This document shows positions 27,076 through 35,525 of a stretch of DNA of 41,900 nt, one piece after another. The DNA is from a virus (Duplodnaviria > Caudoviricetes), in the IMG/VR virus record IMGVR_UViG_3300024909_000001, positions 1-41,900 of that record, one strand, 5' to 3'. The notes under the pieces were generated by a model. The model worked only from the letters and a program-made list of their open reading frames with translations, searched no databases and was not told the DNA's origin. The position numbers were made by a program, and so were the translations under genes. Each line of letters opens with the position of its first letter. Position 1 is the first letter of the stretch.

Positions 27076-27089
27076 GGCTTGGGTGGGGC

Positions 27090-27130
27090 TGAAATGCGAG
27101 CGCCCTGCCGGGGTGAACCGCAGGGCGCTT
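27090..27130 (-). terminator. tR'-like terminator downstream of the late promoter
   Basis: Minus strand AGCGCCCTGC...GCAGGGCGCT stem followed by CGCATTTC. Confidence 0.55.
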
Positions 27131-27162
27131 CGATCTGGTCACAACTTCACTAGCGTGCCTGA

Positions 27163-27190
27163 AATGTAGCCATTTACTCTATTGCGTAAA
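27163..27190 (-). promoter_or_regulatory. Late promoter (pR'-like)
   Basis: Minus strand TTTACG-16-TACATT overlapping the end of the Q-like gene and followed by a terminator. Confidence 0.5.
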
Positions 27191-27643
27191 ACTCCCCCGG
27201 CGCTTCCTCTTGGGCTTTTCTGGCAGGGCCGGCGCCACAGGCCGAGCCGCCTGCTGCAGCGCCTCGACGCGTTGCCGGTGGTCCCGCGCTGCCCGGGCCT
27301 TTGCGCTCAGCCACGATGCCAGCAGGTAGTGCGCTTGGTCGACGCGTGCAAACAGCGTGGACTCGGCACAGCACAGCCGCTTTGCCTTCTCCCTGGTGGG
27401 CCCGGCCGCCAGGTACACCACCTCCACGGTCGCACGCAAGTGCGACTCCAGCGCCATGACGCCCTGATCGGTCTCCTCGGCCTCGACGTCAAGCGTTGGA
27501 ATTCGAGCCTCGGCATAGCCATCCCGCCCAGCGTTGGCCAGCGTCAGGTCCACGCTGGAATAGCCGAGACCGCCACCGCTGCCGCCCAATCGCCACCTGG
27601 CCCAGTTCAACAGCCGCCGTTCAATGTCGTCGATGCGAGCCAT
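27179..27643 (-). CDS. Q-like late antiterminator / regulator
   Basis: RRLLNWARW N-terminus and a sigma-r4-like HTH at the C-terminus; lies between replication and late genes. Confidence 0.75.
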   Translation of the reverse strand: MARIDDIERRLLNWARWRLGGSGGGLGYSSVDLTLANAGRDGYAEARIPTLDVEAEETDQGVMALESHLRATVEVVYLAAGPTREKAKRLCCAESTLFARVDQAHYLLASWLSAKARAARDHRQRVEALQQAARPVAPALPEKPKRKRRGSFTQ

Positions 27644-27698
27644 CTAACTTTCCTTCCTCTTCTTCTTCCGAGTGAAAACAAGAACATGCATAGAGAGA

Positions 27699-27916
27699 TG
27701 TGTTGCGCCTGTTGGAGAACGTGTTGCGCGGCTAACCCGCGCCGTTGCTTGTGTTGCGCTGTTGCGAGGGGGTCGCGGGTATAGCAAGAGAATTGATGGC
27801 AAGCTGCGTGCAAACACGCGAGCGCACGCGCATGCGCGCATCTAGGCTGCAACAGCTGCAACACAAGCAACGGCGCGGCTTAGCGCCGCAACAGCCGGCG
27901 AAACAGGCGCAACAGC
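27699..27916. repeat. Large imperfect inverted repeat with TGTTGC iterons; probable replication origin
   Basis: About 27699-27765 (TGTTGC x4) is mirrored by about 27849-27916 (GCAACA x4), including CCGCGCCGTTGCTTGTGTTGC / GCAACACAAGCAACGGCGCGG; directly downstream of the primase-helicase. Confidence 0.75.
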
Positions 27917-30615
27917 TAGGCATTCCCGTCGCCCTCGCCCTCGGCCTCACCCGCCTGCCGCGGCGACCGCATGAAGGACCATGCAATCGGCTCGAAGTCG
28001 TCGATGCACTTCCTGGCCCAGCGGCCCTCGGTGGGTGGGTAGGGGTCATCCTCGCCATCCACAGGCGCCGACTCCTCGCGGAAGCCGCAGCCACGCGGTA
28101 TCCAGATGCGATAGCTCTTGCGCCCCGTCGAGGCCGCCTCGTCCGGCACCTGGACGTTCTTGCTGAGGTAGGGTGGGTCCTGCCGCTTGCCGGCGGCGTC
28201 GCGCTCGATGCGCTCCCGCGCATAGCGCCCCGCCTGCGCCGTGAACTCCGCCTGCTGGGGAAAGAAGCGCGCCCCGGTCACATCACACCAACGCTTGAAG
28301 CAGCGATACATCTGCTCAACGCTGCAGACCTTCTTGGGCAGCGGCAGATAGCCGTCCAACAGCTCGTGCATGAATCGCTCGGCCGGCTTCAGCCCCAGCT
28401 CGATGAGCGTCGCCTTCGCCTTCGTCAACGGCGGCTTGGTGTGGCGTTCGAACTCGCCCAGCGGCCGATGCTGCAGGTAGTGCAAGAACTTCCGGGCGCC
28501 ATCGTTGGCGAGGAAGGCGCGCACGCGTGCATACAGCGTCTCCTCATCGGGCAACGGCGTGTACACCACCAGAAAGCGCCGGTCCCCCGGCTCCAGCGCC
28601 AGCGGCTGGCCCTCATTGCTCAGAAACGCCAGGTTCGCGTGGTTGCTCTCCCAGCGCGTGTCCGCATGCATGCTGCGGATCGGGATCTTGTTCTCCTGCG
28701 AGATGATCCACTTGAGCCGGTTCTTTTCCTTGTACATCTCCTGCCGGCTCACCACCTCATCACCCACGATGAAGAGCTTGGCGCTCAGCCAGGCGTTGTA
28801 TTTCTCCTCCAGCTCGGTCTGGCCCACCATCACGCCGTACTCGCCGTACAGGTCCCTGATGCAGTCGAAGAACAGGTTCTTGCCCGTGCCCTGCGGCCCG
28901 TGGAACACCAGCGCCGTGGCCATCTTGGCGCCAGGCTGCTGCAGCGGCAGCGAGAGCCAGCACAGCACCCAGTCCACGATGTCTTCAGGCCCCATGCCCG
29001 GCGCTTCGCTCGTGCTGCACAGATAGCGCAGCAGCTCCAGCATCACCTCGCACTCGCCCGGCTCGGGCTCCAGTGGCTCGACGGACATGCCAGCGTACAG
29101 GTTGATGCGGTGCGGGCCGAGATCCTTGCCAGGCTCGAACATAACGTCCTCCTGGTACACCATCCAACGATCGTCACTGCCGAGCCAGAGCTTCACAGCG
29201 TCCGAGCCATAGGTGTTGCGAAGGTTCGCCAGCTCGATAGCCTCCAGCCGCCGCGTGTCCCAGGCCAACTTGCTGCCGTACTGGTAGGCAAAGCGCTCGT
29301 GCAGCACCGCCAGGTTCGCCAGCGAGCGCTTCGAGGGCTTGCGGCGGCGCTGCCCCCCACCCTTGTCCGCCTCATCGCCCTCGCCCCCATCCTGGGCGGT
29401 TGGCGGGCCGCCTTCACCACCATCGCCCCCTCCCCCGCCGCCACTCGCGGGCGGCCCGCTCTCTGAAGGGGGTGGGGGGGAGGATGCGCGCCGCGCGCCC
29501 GCTCCAGCTGGCTCGCCTTCGTCCGGCGGCTCCTCGCGCCGGCCAGCGCCATCGGCGCGCGGCCGCGCAGGCTTGAGCGTCACGCCCACCAACGGGGCCA
29601 GCCACAGCAGGGCCTCGCGAGCAGACTTGCCGCCGTACTGCATCACCAGGTCAACCGGGCTCTTACCCTGCTCTTCGCCAAAATCCATGATGCCCTCGGG
29701 CAGGATCTGCAGGTCTTCCTGCAGGTCGCGGCCCAGGGCCTTCGAGGTGATGCGGTAGCCATCGCGCCAGCGCGTGGCGCCAGGCAGCAGATGCGGCACC
29801 CAGGCATCGAGGTGCTGGTAGGCCGCCGCGTTCACGCGCTGGAAGTCGTTGCCATCCTGCGGCCCCGCGCTGCTGGGCTGCGGCGCGCGCGCCGGCTTGG
29901 CCTGGCCATCCTGGGCGGCTCGCTTCAGCGCCTGCTCGGCCTCCTTGTCGGCCTGGCGCTGGCGCTTGGCCTGGTCCACCATGCCGCGCAAGATGCCCAG
30001 CGCCTCGCCATCCATCGGCACCGGCTCGGCCGGCGTGCCAGCCCAATGGTCGCCCGTGCACGTGAAGTATTGGTGGCCGCAATACACTTCCAGCCCGATC
30101 GCGTCTTCTTTGAAGCACTCGCTCTGGCCGGTCAGGATGATGTGCACGCCCGTACCGCTGACGCTGCGCTCCGCATAGCTCGGGCACATGGCCATCACGA
30201 TCTGGCAGCGCTTCGAGATCTCGCCCGTCTCGCGATCGATGGCGCCATCGATGTCCACGCCGATCAGCCCGTCGCCAGGCAGGAAGGCGAAGCCGATGCC
30301 GGCCCAGGTCTGCCGGCTCTGCAGCGCCGCGATCGCGGCCTCGAAGCTCACCAGCTCCGCACGGTCCAGCTCGTCGCCCTGCTCGACCTGCGGCTGCTCG
30401 GGCGTCGGCTTGCCATCCTTGGGCTTGCCCTTGGGCCACCCGCGCGGCTGGCCGCTCAAGTAGAACGGCACCTTCGGGGGCTTGGCGCCGGCCGAGCGTG
30501 GCGGCAGGAATTTCCACACCAGCCACTGCGGCAGGCATCGCATGGCCTCGGGCAGCGTGCGGAGACGCTCGATCTGCGCAGCACGCTGCGCAAGTTGTTC
30601 TTGGCGTGAAGACAT
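27916..30615 (-). CDS. Prim-pol primase fused to an SF3-like helicase (899 aa)
   Basis: QWLVW..KVP, GVDID and SVSGTGVH primase motifs; GPQGTGKN Walker A, VGDE Walker B, FLSN...DRRF. Confidence 0.92.
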   Translation of the reverse strand: MSSRQEQLAQRAAQIERLRTLPEAMRCLPQWLVWKFLPPRSAGAKPPKVPFYLSGQPRGWPKGKPKDGKPTPEQPQVEQGDELDRAELVSFEAAIAALQSRQTWAGIGFAFLPGDGLIGVDIDGAIDRETGEISKRCQIVMAMCPSYAERSVSGTGVHIILTGQSECFKEDAIGLEVYCGHQYFTCTGDHWAGTPAEPVPMDGEALGILRGMVDQAKRQRQADKEAEQALKRAAQDGQAKPARAPQPSSAGPQDGNDFQRVNAAAYQHLDAWVPHLLPGATRWRDGYRITSKALGRDLQEDLQILPEGIMDFGEEQGKSPVDLVMQYGGKSAREALLWLAPLVGVTLKPARPRADGAGRREEPPDEGEPAGAGARRASSPPPPSESGPPASGGGGGGDGGEGGPPTAQDGGEGDEADKGGGQRRRKPSKRSLANLAVLHERFAYQYGSKLAWDTRRLEAIELANLRNTYGSDAVKLWLGSDDRWMVYQEDVMFEPGKDLGPHRINLYAGMSVEPLEPEPGECEVMLELLRYLCSTSEAPGMGPEDIVDWVLCWLSLPLQQPGAKMATALVFHGPQGTGKNLFFDCIRDLYGEYGVMVGQTELEEKYNAWLSAKLFIVGDEVVSRQEMYKEKNRLKWIISQENKIPIRSMHADTRWESNHANLAFLSNEGQPLALEPGDRRFLVVYTPLPDEETLYARVRAFLANDGARKFLHYLQHRPLGEFERHTKPPLTKAKATLIELGLKPAERFMHELLDGYLPLPKKVCSVEQMYRCFKRWCDVTGARFFPQQAEFTAQAGRYARERIERDAAGKRQDPPYLSKNVQVPDEAASTGRKSYRIWIPRGCGFREESAPVDGEDDPYPPTEGRWARKCIDDFEPIAWSFMRSPRQAGEAEGEGDGNA

Positions 30616-30878
30616 TAGCGTCGGCCGTGTTGGCGTGCTTGCACCGTCTCTCGGTGCTGGTGGTCATCCCGGCAGCTCGTGTCGCAGTACACGGCCTGCG
30701 GCAAGCAGGCGCCGCCGCAGTTGGTGCAAACGCCGCGCATGGATGGCTGGGTGCGTGCCGCGGCGTCTTGCTGTTGCTGGATGGCTTCGACCAGGAAGAA
30801 CTCGCCCAGCTGGGCGGCCAGGTCATCCACGCTCAGCCGCTCGTGCGGGTCGCGGTCACTAATGAGGCTGGGCTTCAT
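30615..30878 (-). CDS. TraR/DksA-like C4 zinc-finger protein
   Basis: DDLA N-terminal motif and CTNC...YCDTSC. Confidence 0.7.
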   Translation of the reverse strand: MKPSLISDRDPHERLSVDDLAAQLGEFFLVEAIQQQQDAAARTQPSMRGVCTNCGGACLPQAVYCDTSCRDDHQHRETVQARQHGRR

Positions 30879-30879
30879 G

Positions 30880-31203
30880 TCAGCGGCCCCAGCTGCGCAC
30901 CACCAGCTCCAGCGCCGGGGCCCCACCACACACCCGCTCGGGCCCCGGGGCATACGTCACCATGGGCCGGCATGAGTGCTCCACACGCCTTGTCCCCATG
31001 GGCATCAGCTCGCCAGCCTTGGCCATGTTGACCACCGTGCGCCGCCCAACGTTGAGCCCCACCATGGCGCGATGCGCCATGTCGCGCCAGGTCGGCAGGC
31101 GCACCTCAGTTACCGTGCCTTGCGCTGCAGCACGTTGCGCCTCGGCTGCCAGCTCCTTGGCGGCATCGCTCAGCGCCTTTCGGATTTCGCCGCGGGGCCT
31201 CAT
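30880..31203 (-). CDS. Hypothetical DNA-binding protein (MRPRGEIR...)
   Basis: ATGA overlap with cII; wHTH-like TWRDMAHRAMVG..VGRRTV. Confidence 0.7.
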   Translation of the reverse strand: MRPRGEIRKALSDAAKELAAEAQRAAAQGTVTEVRLPTWRDMAHRAMVGLNVGRRTVVNMAKAGELMPMGTRRVEHSCRPMVTYAPGPERVCGGAPALELVVRSWGR

Positions 31204-31676
31204 GCCTGATCCCCCGCCGAGGCCTTGCCAGGGAGGTTGGCATTCATGGCTACCAGGTGGCGCAGCATGGCCTGGCCCGCACCGATCAGCTCGCCCCACT
31301 TAGCCTCTATGCGCGCCAGCTCGGGGTCAGTAATCCTGCTATCCGCCAGATCTTCTGCCAGCTCGCTCATCAGCCTGCCAAAGTCCTGCGCTACGGTGGA
31401 CACCTTCACCATGCACAGCGAGTTCGGCTCAAACGCCATGTCGGGCAGCGGCACACACATCTCACCCAGCTCGGCTGCCATGGCATGCAGGATGCGGTGA
31501 TTGCCCGTCAGCAACTGCAGCGTCAAGGCATCCATCAGCCCGAACTTGGAGCCCGGCTTGCCGGCTACCTCAGCGCTCAGCGCCTGGTGCGATTTGCCCA
31601 TGCGGGGCGCAATGCCCTGGCTCCCGCCATGGGCCCTGTCGTGCACGGTGTGCAAAGCAGCGTCAAGGACGTTCAT
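31200..31676 (-). CDS. cII: Phage regulatory CII-family protein
   Basis: GGSQGIAPRMGKS N-terminal HTH, LHAMAAELG and D.RIT..E motifs. Confidence 0.8.
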   Translation of the reverse strand: MNVLDAALHTVHDRAHGGSQGIAPRMGKSHQALSAEVAGKPGSKFGLMDALTLQLLTGNHRILHAMAAELGEMCVPLPDMAFEPNSLCMVKVSTVAQDFGRLMSELAEDLADSRITDPELARIEAKWGELIGAGQAMLRHLVAMNANLPGKASAGDQA

Positions 31677-31757
31677 ACGAAGTCACCTTGGAAGTTCAAG
31701 TGGACGCGACCAGTTGCCAGGCCGAGACTGAGGGCATGGAAGCAAGCAAGTTCGCGT

Positions 31758-31792
31758 TGAGAAGAAAAGCCCCGGGCCGCCTGCTGGCGGCA
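31758..31792 (-). terminator. tR1-like terminator upstream of cII
   Basis: Minus strand GCCGCC-agca-GGCGGC-ccggggCTTTTCTT. Confidence 0.45.
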
Positions 31793-31826
31793 GTGATTGC
31801 GGCTGGGGATGAAAGCGGGAATGGGT

Positions 31827-31889
31827 GCGCGCCCTGCCGTGGTTATGCTGGGGGCTCCTACACCAACCAGCCCACGGAGGGCGCGCATG
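31827..31889 (+). repeat. 63-bp self-complementary promoter/RBS cassette, copy 1
   Basis: Identical to 32626-32688; contains TATGCT, GGAGGG and the ATG of the downstream ORF. Confidence 0.9.
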
Positions 31890-32153
31890 ACCATCGAATT
31901 CTTCGTAACAGACAGCCTGAAGTCGCTTGCTGCTGCCGCAGGCATCGATATTCCAAGCCTTTCGCCAGACCGGTGTTCGCTCATGGTGGGCGACGTCATC
32001 ACGTCTGCGTCGAGTCCCCGCCTGGCGCTGCGGGTGGCGGCACGTTGGCTGGAGATTGGGCCAAGGGGCAACTCGCACACGTGGCATGTGCAACTGGAAC
32101 AGGCAGAGCATCCGCTATTGGCCCTCGCCGCGCGATCCATTCCGAAACCGTAG
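31887..32153 (+). CDS. Antisense-oriented hypothetical protein A (88 aa)
   Basis: GGAGGG RBS in the repeat; resembles 32686-32949 (VGDVI..LRVAAR..VQLE). Confidence 0.7.
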   Translation: MTIEFFVTDSLKSLAAAAGIDIPSLSPDRCSLMVGDVITSASSPRLALRVAARWLEIGPRGNSHTWHVQLEQAEHPLLALAARSIPKP

Positions 32154-32241
32154 TAAGCCAACACCTCTTGGCGGCGCGCTCCTGGCGGCGTTCACGGCGC
32201 TGCTTCAGGGCGAGCGCCGCTGGTGGGAGATGGTTACGCAT
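31999..32241 (-). CDS. Hypothetical early protein; 3' part overlaps antisense gene A
   Basis: ATG 32241 with AGGAGG RBS, coupled to the stop of 32234-32596. Confidence 0.4.
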   Translation of the reverse strand: MRNHLPPAALALKQRRERRQERAAKRCWLTTVSEWIARRGPIADALPVPVAHATCASCPLAQSPANVPPPAAPGGDSTQT

Positions 32242-32596
32242 GACGACCCTCCTGCTTTCCCGCCACCACGGCCGCATCCGACTGAGCGTGCGCATTGCGC
32301 CACTCGGCCACCAGCGTCGGCAGCACGTTCTCAAGCACTCGGCGCAAGCTGAGCGGCACGTAGCTCGAATCGATCTGCGCGCCGATCCAGCTCTGCACCA
32401 TGAACAGCCCGCCGTCTGCTTCGGTGATCTCGATGCGAAGGCGTCTTGAAGCGCGGATGTATGCCGCCAGGTCAGACGGCGTGGCGCTGGGTTGCACGGC
32501 AGCCGCTGCCCGCGCATGCGTCAGTTCGATCTGCAGCGCCTGGCTGCATTCGGGGCACGAGGTATGGGCGATCACTCGCTCGGTTCGGCTATGCAT
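32234..32596 (-). CDS. Hypothetical early protein (CPEC motif)
   Basis: GGAGG RBS; in the cro operon. Confidence 0.6.
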   Translation of the reverse strand: MHSRTERVIAHTSCPECSQALQIELTHARAAAAVQPSATPSDLAAYIRASRRLRIEITEADGGLFMVQSWIGAQIDSSYVPLSLRRVLENVLPTLVAEWRNAHAQSDAAVVAGKQEGRHA

Positions 32597-32625
32597 GGCA
32601 GGCCTCCAGTGGGTAGGAAATGGGC

Positions 32626-32688
32626 GCGCGCCCTGCCGTGGTTATGCTGGGGGCTCCTACACCAACCAGCCCACGGAGGGCGCGCATG
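32626..32688 (+). repeat. 63-bp self-complementary promoter/RBS cassette, copy 2
   Basis: Identical to 31827-31889, 799 bp apart. Confidence 0.9.
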
Positions 32689-32949
32689 GAACTCATCCAA
32701 CTCGTGCTGAATTTCCACGACATCACAGCACTCCAAGCAGCCGGGCTGCGAGTGCCGCAGCCAGCAACCATCCAGTGCCCAACAGGCACAGTCCCCATCG
32801 CGGGAGACGTGTTCCAGCATGCAGGGATGCACTACCCCGATGGCGAGCCGGCAGCGTTCCGAGTGGTGTCTCGCGCTCACCGGTTCGGCGGCGAGCACAT
32901 TCAGCGCATCCAGCTGAATCTTGAGCTTGTCGTATTGCATCAGCCGTAG
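32686..32949 (+). CDS. Antisense-oriented hypothetical protein B (87 aa)
   Basis: GGAGGG RBS in the repeat; PIAGDVF..FRVVSR..LNLE resembles protein A. Confidence 0.7.
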   Translation: MELIQLVLNFHDITALQAAGLRVPQPATIQCPTGTVPIAGDVFQHAGMHYPDGEPAAFRVVSRAHRFGGEHIQRIQLNLELVVLHQP

Positions 32950-33118
32950 CAGCCGGCAAGATCAGATCGCCGTCGGCAAGGCCTTCCAGCGGGGACGCTA
33001 CGAACCCTGAGTACCACTGGATCGGTGCATTAGGAAAAGCCGGCCATGGGTGGCGGTACCTGGTAAACGGCACATCGACGCCCTTGGTTGGCCCGCGCTC
33101 TGGTGTTTCACGCTGCAT
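32723..33118 (-). CDS. Hypothetical protein downstream of cro; 3' part overlaps antisense gene B
   Basis: AAGGAG RBS, coupled to the cro stop. Confidence 0.4.
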   Translation of the reverse strand: MQRETPERGPTKGVDVPFTRYRHPWPAFPNAPIQWYSGFVASPLEGLADGDLILPAATADAIRQAQDSAGCAECARRRTGERETPLGTLPARHRGSASLHAGTRLPRWGLCLLGTGWLLAAALAARLLGVL

Positions 33119-33314
33119 GGCTGGCTCCTTCAGGCTGAGCCTGCAGCTCGAGTACCAATTGCTGGAGCTTCAACGCGTCGTCAGCGCCCTGTGGGACGTC
33201 GCCCGCCGCCCAGCGCGACAGCCGGGGCTGTGGGATGCCTGTTCGCTTTGCGATTTCAGTCTGGGTCAGCCCACGCTCGGTGAGTTTCCGGATGAGGTCG
33301 GTCGTTGAAGCCAT
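33108..33314 (-). CDS. cro: Cro-like HTH regulator
   Basis: LTQTEIAKRTGIPQPRLSRW HTH; divergent from the repressor. Confidence 0.85.
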   Translation of the reverse strand: MASTTDLIRKLTERGLTQTEIAKRTGIPQPRLSRWAAGDVPQGADDALKLQQLVLELQAQPEGASHAA

Positions 33315-33320
33315 GCGCAC

Positions 33321-33380
33321 ATGTTATGTGTGTCTGCATAACTTGTCTATCCACACATGCATTATTCGTTCTTGCATAGT
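33321..33380. promoter_or_regulatory. oR switch: divergent pR/pRM with three 16-bp operators
   Basis: TATGTGTGTCTGCATA (33325), TATCCACACATGCATT (33348) and TATTCGTTCTTGCATA (33363). Minus strand TAGACA-17-TAACAT; plus strand -10 CATAGT. Confidence 0.75.
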
Positions 33381-33386
33381 TTGCCC

Positions 33387-33839
33387 ATGCAGCCGCACGA
33401 ACTCATTGCCGAACTGGTCCGCCGGACTGGAAAGTCCACCCTTCAGGTGGCGCGTGAAATGCAGAAAGCGTCGTTTCAGGGAACGCTGCACCGGTACATC
33501 AATGGCAACGCCTCCAATCCGACCAGGCAAACAGCCAAGGCCATCGCCGACTACTTCAACCTCCCGGTTGATGCGCTATACGACAAGGCGCTAGCGCTTC
33601 GAATCGCCAAGGAGCGAGGGCTTGCGCCCGATACGCGGCTGCCACCCGTGGTTCTTGCTCAAGAGCCTGCTCCTGTGCGGAAGTATCACGAGGCTGAAGA
33701 AGCGCTGCCGGCCGTGTTGATGGCGCGCATTAAGAGACTTAAGGCTGAGCATCGCAAAGGCCTGATCTCCATGATGGAGACATACCTGGATGCGGTCGAC
33801 CCTATGCACGCTCATGCTGGGAAAGCGCGGCGCGCATAG
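33387..33839 (+). CDS. cI: CI-like XRE repressor without a visible S24 peptidase domain
   Basis: QGTLHRYING...PTRQTAKAIADYFNLPVDALY HTH; divergent from cro. Confidence 0.75.
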   Translation: MQPHELIAELVRRTGKSTLQVAREMQKASFQGTLHRYINGNASNPTRQTAKAIADYFNLPVDALYDKALALRIAKERGLAPDTRLPPVVLAQEPAPVRKYHEAEEALPAVLMARIKRLKAEHRKGLISMMETYLDAVDPMHAHAGKARRA

Positions 33840-33941
33840 AACTCCCCAGCAAAATCTACCAATGGCCGCTACCGGCCCGTATCCCCCACAGGTAGGAAGT
33901 CTGCTACGTACTATTCACTCTGCGCACAACCGTGCCGCAAG

Positions 33942-34370
33942 CTACCTGATAGAACCGACGTACCCGAGATTTCCGAGCACATCCTGCCCAGAAACAACAT
34001 AGTGATAGAAGGCTCGGCGGACGTCTGCCGGTTGCAAGTCACAGCCCAACAGGTTGCCGCATTGGAGCGTCATGCCAATCCGGTACCCATCAACACTCGG
34101 TTCACGCGTCACTGCAAATCCGTAGCTAACCTCATGGTTAATTGGTGCGTAGGTCTGTAGCACCACGTCGGTGGCAGATTGGATCTTCCACATCGAGTGC
34201 CGCGCCAGCCATAACTGAGCGCGCTCCCATTCTGTCTTGCACGCACCTTTGCAACTTACGGGCGCATCTGGCCCAGTTACGGCAAGCCTAGCACGCATAG
34301 CGTCATCGATTTCCTGTGACGCGCAGCCCGCCAGTGAAGCTACGACGACCCCTAGAAGTAAGCGTCTCAT
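33942..34370 (-). CDS. Lipoprotein moron in the immunity region
   Basis: Lipobox LAGC; lower GC; convergent with cI. Confidence 0.8.
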   Translation of the reverse strand: MRRLLLGVVVASLAGCASQEIDDAMRARLAVTGPDAPVSCKGACKTEWERAQLWLARHSMWKIQSATDVVLQTYAPINHEVSYGFAVTREPSVDGYRIGMTLQCGNLLGCDLQPADVRRAFYHYVVSGQDVLGNLGYVGSIR

Positions 34371-34436
34371 TCATTCCCCCTGTTGCTACGGCCCAACCTA
34401 ACGGTTGGTATGCCTGCAAATTCTGACACCCCAAGT

Positions 34437-34479
34437 TATGTGATTGTGCATTGACACGAATTATGTGTTGCTGCATAGT
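34437..34479 (+). promoter_or_regulatory. pL promoter with two oL operators
   Basis: TTGACA(34451)-17-CATAGT; operators TATGTGATTGTGCATT (34437) and TATGTGTTGCTGCATA (34462) match the oR sites. Confidence 0.8.
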
Positions 34480-34506
34480 CGCCACCGAACCACCACGGAG
34501 GCGACC

Positions 34507-34995
34507 ATGCACCCCACCAGCCCGACCCCTTGCGCCAACCGCATCCCGCGCGTCGCTCCATCGCGGCGCGTGCTGGTCAACCTCAACGATGACGACGAGC
34601 CCACCGGCCCCGTCACCGCGGCCGACCTGATCCGCACCATCCAGGCGCGTGACGCCCAGCAGTGGCAGCGCCAGCCGCTGCACATCGTGTTCGCCAGCGG
34701 CGCTGTGGACGCTTTGCCCCTGACGGATGACCGCCGCTTCTGGGCCGTGCCGATGGACCAGCCGCCGATGCCAGCTGAGTGCGCCACCGAGCTGGGCGCC
34801 AATGCCATCGACACCCGCGCTGCGCGCACCTGGCTGTTTGAACGCTGGATGGCCCGGTGGCCGCGGCTCTCCAACTGGCTGTTGGTGATGGCCATCCTGC
34901 TGCTGCTCGGCCTGGCCGACAACAGCGACACCTGGCCGCCCGGCGCGGGTGAGGAGATCGCCGACGCGCAGGCGGCTGCGGAGGTGCAGCCGTGA
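34507..34995 (+). CDS. Hypothetical early protein with a C-terminal TM segment
   Basis: GGAGG RBS; first gene after pL. Confidence 0.7.
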   Translation: MHPTSPTPCANRIPRVAPSRRVLVNLNDDDEPTGPVTAADLIRTIQARDAQQWQRQPLHIVFASGAVDALPLTDDRRFWAVPMDQPPMPAECATELGANAIDTRAARTWLFERWMARWPRLSNWLLVMAILLLLGLADNSDTWPPGAGEEIADAQAAAEVQP

Positions 34996-35525
34996 GCGCG
35001 CTGCGCCTCTTCCCACCGGACCAGGCGTCCCGATTTGCCTGGTTCGTCTGCGATCCCTCCGACGCCGCCAGCACCATGCGCGGTTACTACGTCATTGACG
35101 ATTTCGGCATGCTGGCTCGCAGCGATTGGGATTCGCGCTACTTCTCGCTCGCCAATGCAGATCTGCATGAATACGACGACGAGGCCATGCGCGCCTACTG
35201 GCCCGCGTCCATGCTGCAGCAGCCACCTGCACCGCCCAAGCACACTGTGGTGATCGGCCCCGAGGCTGCCCGCGAGTTCGCACGCATCCAGGCCAAGCTG
35301 GAGCGCTGGGAGCTGCAGCACCTCCGCACCCTGGCCGCTGAGCAGGCGGAGCGCATCGAGCAGCTGGAGCAGCAGCTCGCCGCAGCCGACGACTCGGCCG
35401 AATTCTGGCGCGATGCCCATCACAGCCTGGCCGACCACCTCGACGCCGACACCGCGGACGGCCGCTGCATTGGCCTGACGAAGGATGGTGCGCTCTTGGT
35501 GGTGCGCGCTGGAGGCGCGGCATGA
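34992..35525 (+). CDS. Hypothetical coiled-coil phage protein
   Basis: GTGA overlap; KLERWELQHLR...AEFWR. Confidence 0.75.
   Translation: MSALRLFPPDQASRFAWFVCDPSDAASTMRGYYVIDDFGMLARSDWDSRYFSLANADLHEYDDEAMRAYWPASMLQQPPAPPKHTVVIGPEAAREFARIQAKLERWELQHLRTLAAEQAERIEQLEQQLAAADDSAEFWRDAHHSLADHLDADTADGRCIGLTKDGALLVVRAGGAA

Noticed and set aside
31827-32688. 63-bp repeats as a CRISPR array or IS ends
   Set aside because: Only two copies 799 bp apart, no cas or transposase gene, and no target-site duplication.
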